Positions 63,440-64,000 of a stretch of 64,000 nt of DNA are shown one piece after another. The stretch covers positions 1,798,001 to 1,862,000 of the forward strand of contig NC_052166.1 in NCBI RefSeq assembly GCF_902713615.1. Direction: 5' to 3'. The stretch comes from Scyliorhinus canicula. Lineage: Eukaryota. Numbering within the stretch: the first letter of the stretch is position 1; each line of letters begins with the position of its first letter. A model generated the notes under the pieces. The model did not search any database and was not told where the DNA came from. It saw nothing but the letters and a program-made list of their open reading frames with translations. Both the position numbers and the translations under genes were made by a program.

Positions 63440-64000
63440 ATGTTATGTCCCAACAGCATTGCCAATACTGTGGGTGTTTCTATTTCCCTTACTGAACCAC
63501 AAGGCTTTCCCGTATATCGGTCAAATGACCACACAACCAGTTAGTCAGTTCAAGTTCAAAGATAGTTTATTTACACACAAGGGTTATTTCGACATGCAAG
63601 CACAATATACTACAAGTTAAACTACACCTATCAACTACAATAACCCATACTTAACTTCAGGCGACCGGCACTGTGCGAGTGGATAAGGCCTTTATCTTGA
63701 TCTCACGTGGCTGGTTTGAGGAAATGGCTCTGTCTCTGCTGGGCTCATCCGTCAGGTAGCGATCGTTGGTCTTGAACTTGGCTGTCTATCGTTATGCTGC
63801 AGTTGGGCTGGCACAGGCCAAATCCAAAAGAGGCTGGCACAAACCAGGTCTAAAAGAAGCAGAACACATGGCTGTGTCCCCTTTTATCCCTCTGGGATTT
63901 TGCACTCTTTGGGGCGGTCCTTAATCTTGGACCCAATAATTCGACAGGCTTCGATCACTGCCTTCGATTTTGGTCAATAAAGGGGCGGGTGCCTTGGTGG
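63440..64000. mobile_element. Probable LTR/ERV-like sequence running off the window edge
   Basis: Begins TGTTATG and has LTR-like composition; no second copy in the window. Confidence 0.3.

Overview
Eukaryotic, repeat-rich vertebrate DNA, almost certainly from a cartilaginous fish. The V-SINE/HE1-type SINEs, CR1, L1, Penelope and shark-type minisatellites point that way; the species cannot be fixed from sequence alone. Two spliced genes lie on the minus strand. (1) The 5' part of FTSJ1 (tRNA 2'-O-methyltransferase): four coding exons at 12856-704, a CpG-island promoter near 14.0-14.3 kb, and the rest running off the left edge. (2) A complete, intact 5-exon MHC-family gene at 62018-48587 encoding 255 aa. 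It has class II alpha-chain architecture (signal, alpha1, alpha2, class II-alpha-type TM, tail), but its alpha2 Ig-C1 domain resembles beta2-microglobulin (Y10, L54, D59-W60, no central C-strand Trp). That combination is the signature of the ancient W-category MHC alpha chain (WA). Most of the six-frame ORF track is noise from repeats. The window also holds an RPS3 processed pseudogene nested in an L1 with its TSD, a very young 4056-bp non-autonomous LTR/ERV element (apparently identical LTRs, tRNA-Trp PBS), Penelope fragments with hammerhead-ribozyme motifs, MITEs, and many SINE, LINE and Gypsy fragments and minisatellites. All exon boundaries were read by hand from the sequence; no database search was run.
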